A DNA stretch of 64,000 bases from Eutreptiella sp. 'Long Island Sound 2002' (lineage: Eukaryota > Protista > Euglenida), in contig OZ038378.1 in the NCBI GenBank assembly GCA_964036045.1, positions 14,136,001 to 14,200,000 of the forward strand, read 5' to 3'. The notes under the pieces were generated by a model. It was not told where the DNA came from and did no database searches. It was given only the letters and a program-made list of their open reading frames with translations. Shown here piece by piece: positions 57,401 to 64,000 of the stretch (positions are counted from its first letter, which is position 1; each line of letters opens with the position of its first letter). A program made the position numbers and the translations under genes.

Positions 57401-58074
57401 GGCTGGGCCGTAGGGGGGGGGGGGGTATTTGGAAAGCCCTTGAACAGCGCTAGTAGGAACACCCCGGGTCTGCATGCTGATGATGATGGAGAATTTCGTC
57501 CATTTTGGACGATGCATGCTCTGCTTTCTGCCTTATTTTGTCCACAGTCACTTGCCATGTCTGCACATAACTTTTCCCAGCGTGCCGTGGCCTCCCCTGA
57601 TGCAATGCAGAAGCCTTTGGTTCGAAAAAGGAAACAATCTAGATTTTGGTAGCACCCCTGATGGGTGCAGTTTGAACCTTACCCCTCATGCTGGATATGT
57701 CTGGATGAAAGCAGGCCACAGTGAGACCATTCCTTGGCGCAAGGTCAGGCTGACTCAGCAACGGAAGGTTGACCCCACCGCTGATGGCCTCTGGGGAACG
57801 CCTCGGAACACAGGGTAGGTACCAGTGGAGGTCGCAGGTGCTAAAAAGGTACGGCCCAAACAATAAAACAAAGGCACTCTGCAGTGACGCTGATTTCTGC
57901 CCCCCCCCCCCCCCTTGCCCTTAGCAGGCTACAGAATGCACAAGCAATTTCAGTAGCCCAATGGCACAAGCCCATCTAAATCTAACGTACCAAATTGGCA
58001 GGGTCCCTTGGGCTAGTTGGGCTTTGCCATGGTCTGATGATGGTCGTCACCCCAGGCTCACAAACTCAACAATC

Positions 58075-58162
58075 ACACACACACACACACACACACACAC
58101 CTGTTTTGCTATTCCCGTAAGCAAGACATCCCAGCCATTGCCTTTTGGTAACAGCGCCTTCG

Positions 58163-58210
<48 letters not shown>
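58075..58210 (+). repeat. (CA)n microsatellites
   Basis: Tracts at about 58075-58101 and 58165-58210. Confidence 0.95.
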
Positions 58211-58212
<2 letters not shown>

Positions 58213-58587
58213 GCACCCATGCAGCGTTAGGCACCCACATCAGATCCAACCATTCCTCAATGCATCCCTACAAAAAGCCTTTCCGTGCCTTGCCTGCCTT
58301 CAACCCTCCTGCACCATTGGGTCAAGGCCCCATCAGCATCTCAATTACCTGAAGGCCGACAATGCACTGATGGCACCAACCCCTTGGCAATACTTTGTCA
58401 GCCACCTGGTGTTACTCATATCACCACTGAAATCCAATCCACCTGGATGCCCCCCTCCGATCTTGAACAACAGATGTTCTACAGCTCTAGAAATCGACCA
58501 CCATCTCAATGTCCCCCAACAAAAACTCCTGGCTACACGCTCAAAAACCGGTTTGTCCCACGCCAACGGCTGCAGGGAGTATGAGGG

Positions 58588-59088
58588 TCAGGATGGGGCG
58601 AGACCTGAGAGATTGGGATAGATCCCCTCAGCACTGGTGGTCGGGGTTGGACTCTCCTGCTTCACAGGCGCAACCCTGGCACTGGCACAGTGCAGCACAT
58701 GCACCCAGTACTCCTGCTCTGCCTCGGTCTGGCTTTGCAATTCACAGGCCTGCAGGATATTTGGCCCTTCGATAGTGATGCCATTGCTGGCCGCCGCACG
58801 CACTGTGGCACCGCTCACATCCACCTCGCCTTTGAGGATGCGCTTGTCATCAAAATACTTCAAAGTGCTTCCCTCAAGACTGAACAGAAACCGCTTGTAT
58901 TTGTCTCCCCACAACCAACTGCCAGACCCTTTCTTGTTGAGGTGCCCTTCAGCCGGGGGCTGCCCGGCAGTACACGCGCTCGGCGCCGTCCACGACGTTG
59001 TTTTTGTACTGTGATCCAAGTAGTAGGGCCGGCCGTCATCATGGATCTTCATCTCCCATCCTTGGGGTAAGGGCAGGGCCCAGGCCAT
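58588..59088 (-). CDS. Small WW + PH domain protein (166 aa)
   Basis: LPQGWEMKIHDDGRPYYLDHSTKTTSWTAP (WW). EGHLNKKG...YKRFLFSLEGSTLKYFDD...KGEVDV...EQEYWVHVL (PH). The ATG follows the acceptor CTCTTTCCCACAATCTCAG. Confidence 0.88.
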   Translation of the reverse strand: MAWALPLPQGWEMKIHDDGRPYYLDHSTKTTSWTAPSACTAGQPPAEGHLNKKGSGSWLWGDKYKRFLFSLEGSTLKYFDDKRILKGEVDVSGATVRAAASNGITIEGPNILQACELQSQTEAEQEYWVHVLHCASARVAPVKQESPTPTTSAEGIYPNLSGLAPS

Positions 59089-59849
59089 GGGCCACTCCTC
59101 AGCAGAAGGAGCAAGTAGGGGCGCTGAGATTGTGGGAAAGAGGTACAATGGAACACGTGAAGATACGCCTCGTTTTGTACATGAGCCACATCACGCATCC
59201 TTGCCACCAATGCCATTTCCTTCGGGGGCGCCCTTGCACTGCGCGCGCACGTCGCGCTACTTTTAGACTAGATTCCCCTGTGAAGAACCCCCATACTGAC
59301 CCCTTCCAAACACCCTCAAAATTAGGCCACCCCAGCAAACGCCCCTGAATTTAGGTCACCCAAACTACCCTAGCTCAAGACAAATGCAAGCTACCTTCCC
59401 TTTATATAAGACATCATGCAAAATTCGGAAAGTCACACACATTCCCTCTTTTTTGTTCAATAAAGCTCACTCACCCTACTAGCTAGTCCCAAAGCCGCGT
59501 GTGTGTCCACCTCATCCTCAACTGGACCGGGGGGCAAGGTGGCTTGCAGGAGGGAATCCACGTCAACCTCCGGTTTCCACTTGTGGTACAACCACGCATC
59601 CTCATCAGCAGGAATGCGGCCTCGCATAGTGCATTCGACTGTGGTCAGGCAAAAACCGGGGAGTCTGTCACGTCAACTCAAGGGGCCACGCCAAAGCGTG
59701 GGAGTCCATCACCCAACTCAAGGGCCCACACCAAAGTGTGGGAGTCCATGGTGAAGATGAGCAAAAAAAAAAAAAGTGTGAAAAGGGGTGGAAATGGGTG
59801 AAAGTGGGTGAAAATAAAAAAATGCCATATCCCCAATGTGGAAGAAGCA

Positions 59850-60470
59850 TCAAAACCTATGCTAGGGGCAACAATGATGCCCCTAGTATCACAAAGTATG
59901 GGTCTCTAGTACCACTACATGCCTGCGCTGTGGCGCCCCCTTCATCATTGCATTTGGATGTGGCTTTTCCCGCAGGGATACCACGGCTACACATCACAAC
60001 CAGCACAACGCATCAAAGACCACACATTGACCATCTCCGGGGGACTGTTTGCCCGGCGCGCACCTGGTGCGCTACTTCTCTATTAACTATCCCGACTTCA
60101 GCCCCAGATTTACCCTCCCATGGAGAAGCCCCCCAAGTAGACCACATTGCAAACAACATTGGTCCCACAAGTGTGGGTGTCAATACATTCATTGCAATAG
60201 TGCTCCTTACACTCATCACAAACTGTGACGGTGGAGCGCCGTTGGCAACACAACACACACACTTCCGCCTCATCCTCTGCCTCATCTTGGATTCAAAGAT
60301 TGTCCCGGTTTCCTCAATAGCACCGGAAGGTTGGGGCCCAAAAGAGGGCGGAAATGCTACGTCACCCCTGCATTCTCGGGGGTCCGCAACAAAGGAGACA
60401 AAATCAGAAGTCAAAACCTACGCTAGGGGTCACAATGATGCTCCTAGTATCTCAAAGTGTGGGTCTCTAG
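59850..60470 (+). repeat. ~60-bp direct repeats (59850-59908, 60412-60470) enclosing the 60045-60290 dispersed repeat
   Basis: CAAAACCTA.GCTAGGGG..ACAATGATGC.CCTAGTATC.CAAAGT.TGGGTCTCTAGT, with an internal CTAGGGGCA/TGCCCCTAG hairpin. Confidence 0.8.
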
Positions 60471-61574
60471 TCCAGCCAGGCGCCCAAATAGCTGCACTGT
60501 GCTAAGTGCGCCCCCTTAGTGCACCCCCTAAAAGGCCACCGATGGGGCACGGGTCCAAAAAGATGCCCGGCGCGCGCCCGGCGCACTAACGTTCCCCCTC
60601 CCAAGCACCACACAAACCTCCTCCAACAACAAACCAGACCATCCTTTGTGGGGCATCCGTGTGCTTCTCGGTAATAGTTTGGCTCATGTGGGTGGTTTTC
60701 GTAAAAAGGACGCCAGCCTTGTTCTAGTCCCTTTGTGAACAGCAACTTTCACCCCCCTCCTTCCTGTTGAATAACAACAGGGGCTTGTATTGAATCACTT
60801 CTCACCCTGTCATTGTTTGTTACTTGTTTTGTTGGGTCAAACTTGGAGATTTTGCAACAGATCCCACAACCCTCCAATCGGGGTTCACTGTTCCTTTCAT
60901 CGTTTATTGCTCGTATCGACAGGGTACGTCTAAATATCCATTGGCAGGAAGTGGAACCTGCCAATCACAGACAAACGCCTTGCTGTTTAATCCTTTCTCA
61001 TAGGTCAGCTTGGGTAGGGCCTTTTTCAGTGAACAGTGATGGCCATGTTGTGTCCAAACCCATTAGAAGCCAATAGACACCTTCCAAATCCAAATCAGAC
61101 GCCAGCAGATGTGCGCTACATGAAAATGGCACACAGGGACAGAAGCAAGTATGCTTTGCATTGTGCCTTTGCACCTTCTTCCAAGAGGCAGCAGTCTCAT
61201 GCCATGAGCACATGACGTACAGTGATGGGCCCCCATGTCAACACGGGCGCTGGAGTGAGGCATGCCCTCCCCCAACATTGTTATCAATGGAATTCTGCTT
61301 GTGCCAAAGAATGGTTTCCCATTTGGGCGCAATTCAAACCAATGTGCACGAGGGCTGAGCTCTGATTTTGACCGGCCTGCAGCCCCCCTAATGTCAGGCT
61401 GGTCTCCCCCACGGGGGCGCCAGCAGGTCTCAAGGAAGGAAGGAAATCATATTAAGGAGCAATAGTCCATGGGGCTTCTACCCATTCCAGCCCCCAAACT
61501 CACCCAAGGGGCAAGTCGCGCGGGTGTCTGGAGAGCTGCCGCCCTGTATGACAAGAGGCTCCCCCCTCCGTCCT

Positions 61575-62342
61575 TTATGGTGCCTCACGTGAGGCCCGTC
61601 CATGCTTCATGAGCCCCTCCGCGCTGTTGGGAGACAGAGCACCCTCCTGCATGCTGTACAGCATGGTGGAGTGTCGTGCATGGGGGTCACGAACCCATCC
61701 CTGGCCCTGTCGGGCCATGCCAGGCAATTCCGTGCAGAGACGCTGTGCTCCGCGAAGAGAGGGAAAGGTAAAGGGGTTAGGGGGCCACTCCCCCACGGAG
61801 GGTGGGGTAGAGTACTGGACTTCGTACTGACCCATGTCCTCATCGCACTCACGATGAGTGCTGCCCGCTCGCGAGGCAGACATCACGCTCTCAAAAAGTG
61901 GCGCCAGCAGGGTGGGGGGCAGATCGGGGGGGGTAGACCACCGGACGGCATATTGTTGCACGTCCTCATCAGACGCACTCTGAGTGCTGTCCCTTCGCGG
62001 GGTAGACATGGCGCTCTCAAATAGGGGCGCCAGCAGGACGGGGGGCAGGTGAGGTGAATCCTGCTGTCGGTCAGACCCCCCCCCTGGTGTGCATGCGGGC
62101 GACCAATGCTCTGGGGACACGTGCCGCACTGAGTGCCAACTGGAAGTCACCGCCGGCGACCATGCCGGAGATGGTGAGAATTGCCCTGGCCTACTCAGCA
62201 CCTGCGGAGACGGGGTGCTAGTTACGTTGAACCCCATCGGAGGGCCGGTGGGCAGGACGGCGGTGCGTGAAGTCCGCGCGCGCGCGCGCAAGCAGGTCTC
62301 AAAGCGCTCTACACATGCACGTCCTGGTATGATATGCAGCAA
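61575..62342 (-). pseudogene. Probable Ser/Pro/Thr-rich LINE ORF2 tail with an internal ~99-bp duplication
   Basis: LLAPLFES.MS..R..ST...DED..QY.V..STPP occurs twice; composition resembles 54956-55500. Confidence 0.35.
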
Positions 62343-63059
62343 TGTTCAGCAGTTCCATGAGATCATTGGTATGATACAAATGTGCTACCATACAAATCAC
62401 TGCGCCTGTTGGCCTTGTTTTGTCAACACGAGAGTGTTTATATGCTACAAGACAGAGAAAGGCACCCTAATGATATTGTCTTTCACCCGAGTCACCTTGC
62501 GTGTGCTGGCACTCCTTGGCCAAGTAACCTGGACTGGGACCGTATGCTGTAGGGGAGGGTAGTGGGTGGGGATGCCACGTCAGGCACCAGGGCGGCCTAC
62601 TCGCCGCTGAATGGCTTGGTTGGTTGTGAGGGGGCCGGAGGCCCAGCCACCAATGTTACATGATCAAACCATGACATTTCATTCCTAAGTTCTGAGGGCA
62701 CAAGTGTAGGCTTTTGGGCCATGTACTGCAGCGGCTGTGCAGCCGGCTGCTGCCCCGAAGACGGCAGTTCGAATCCCCTTCGGCAGGCGAGCCGAAGAGG
62801 AATATGAGGAGGACACGCGCCACCAGGCGGCCGGCGGTACCAGTGACGGAGGGCACTGCTGCAGGTGTGCTGTGCTTGGTGCCTTGCTTTTATTTTTGCA
62901 TGATGACATACCTGACACGATCTCGACGATTGGACACAATGACATAACAAATAAAAACTATGAGGACGAGACACGCCACCCATCCACCGGCGGTACCGAT
63001 GGTGGAGGGGGATGTTGAAGGGGGCGGTGGTGGGGACCTCGCCGACGGGCCCCTGGACG

Positions 63060-63125
63060 GACAGACGAACCGGGGATCGAACCCCCGACCACTAGACCGT
63101 CCATGCCTCTTACACATCTAGGCGC
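63060..63125 (-). other. Degenerate tRNA-like head
   Basis: GCCTAGATGTGTAAGAGGC...GGGGGTTCGATCCCCGG; B box is clear, stems are imperfect. Confidence 0.35.
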
Positions 63126-63179
63126 AAATGCGGTTCATACCCTGACAAGACGACGCCCTTAGGGGTGGGGTAGCACTCT

Positions 63180-63640
63180 CTAATCCAAGTCTGTTACCGG
63201 TGTGTGGCAGCCGGAGGAAAAGGAGATCCTTGGGCTGTTCAGGCAGGACTGGGTGCTCACATCCGTGCTGGGCGTGTTAAGCCTTCTGCGTTGCCGTGGC
63301 CGGACCGGGGTTTCCAATTCCACAAGTCCTAGGTTTTCCCATGTATTTTGTGGGTCATCCATGATGTCAGAGTCATGCAAGCTTGCAGTTGATGCAGTGT
63401 CAAAAGAATTCGTGCTGAGAGTGCTATTTGAGTCACAGCAACTGAGAGTTACGGTCGAACCTTTGGTCGAACCACCGTCCGAACCAACCTGCCCTGCAGA
63501 AGAAGGTGTGTTTGAATTCAGACTGACAGTACGAGATGATAATTGTTCCTCTGAGCTGGCCAGTGAGCGTCTGGACTCCGAAAAATTGAGTCTCCGGGAG
63601 ATCCCTACCATCTCAGTGTCCCTAGGCTCATGCGCGTTAT
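63180..63640 (-). pseudogene. Probable 3' tail of a related LINE ORF2
   Basis: WENLGLVELETP...RRRLN...STD.ST.SC resembles LASLELVAMEG...RKELNY...STASTMSC at 54956-55150. Confidence 0.4.
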
Positions 63641-63779
63641 TTCTGCATAGGGAAGGGGTGTCACCTGAGGGGGTGATGACATCGTGAAGTTCAAGTGAGC
63701 GAGGGACCGCTGGGCCCTCGGGGTGGGGGTGGAGGGAAGCTCTAAGCAGACTACAGGCCTATCCGGCAATGACAAAACC

Positions 63780-63975
63780 CCCAGGGGGGGCGGGGTCATG
63801 AAGTGACGGTCCCCCCCATGGAGGGGGGGGGGGGGTTGTGCCAAACAATTGTAGCATTAAAACTACAGCAGTTCCAATACAACCTAAAGAAAATTTTACT
63901 TCGCGCCTTTGGTGCCTGATATTTCCCATGCTTTTTTGTGAAAGTGACAGTCCCCCCTATGGGGGGGGGATTGCA
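63780..63975. repeat. GTGACGGTCCCC MITE-family remnants
   Basis: GTGACGGTCCCCCCCATGG-Gn and GTGACAGTCCCCCTATGG-Gn. Confidence 0.5.
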
Positions 63976-64000
63976 AGCGAAGGGGATTACATTTTGGGGG

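Noticed and set aside
62755-62790. tRNA (GTTCGAATCCC)
   Set aside because: No T-stem pairing, no A box and no cloverleaf.

Overview
Repeat-dense eukaryotic DNA, most likely from a euglenid. The basis for this is a 24-nt match to the Euglena-type spliced-leader exon at 5939-5962 (-), AG/polypyrimidine acceptors just upstream of start codons, and one hairpin intron. Five host genes are recognisable, all on the minus strand: a transmembrane class III cyclase-like protein, a ZIP metal transporter, a PCIF1/CAPAM-like NPPF methyltransferase (2 exons), VPS28 (3 exons) and a small WW+PH protein. The rest is mobile DNA. (1) An APE-type LINE whose 5' end is the spliced-leader exon. (2) A very young 5.5-kb Penelope-like element with 287-bp pseudo-LTRs differing at one base, a five-CCHC-knuckle/coiled-coil ORF1, an in-phase U_UUA_AAC -1 frameshift site into a GIY-YIG-then-RT ORF, and a hammerhead-like motif in each pLTR. 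(3) An 8.5-kb MULE with a 9-bp TSD, a transposase-SWIM-Ulp1 ORF broken by one stop, and an internal array of about 39 x 85-bp repeats. (4) A decayed tyrosine-recombinase retroelement. (5) A LINE 3' half with a cellular-type RNase HI. (6) TA-flanked poly-C/poly-G MITEs, a fold-back element, tRNA-like heads and mini/microsatellites. Almost every recognisable TE ORF is co-oriented with the host genes. All calls come from reading motifs by eye; no database searches were run.
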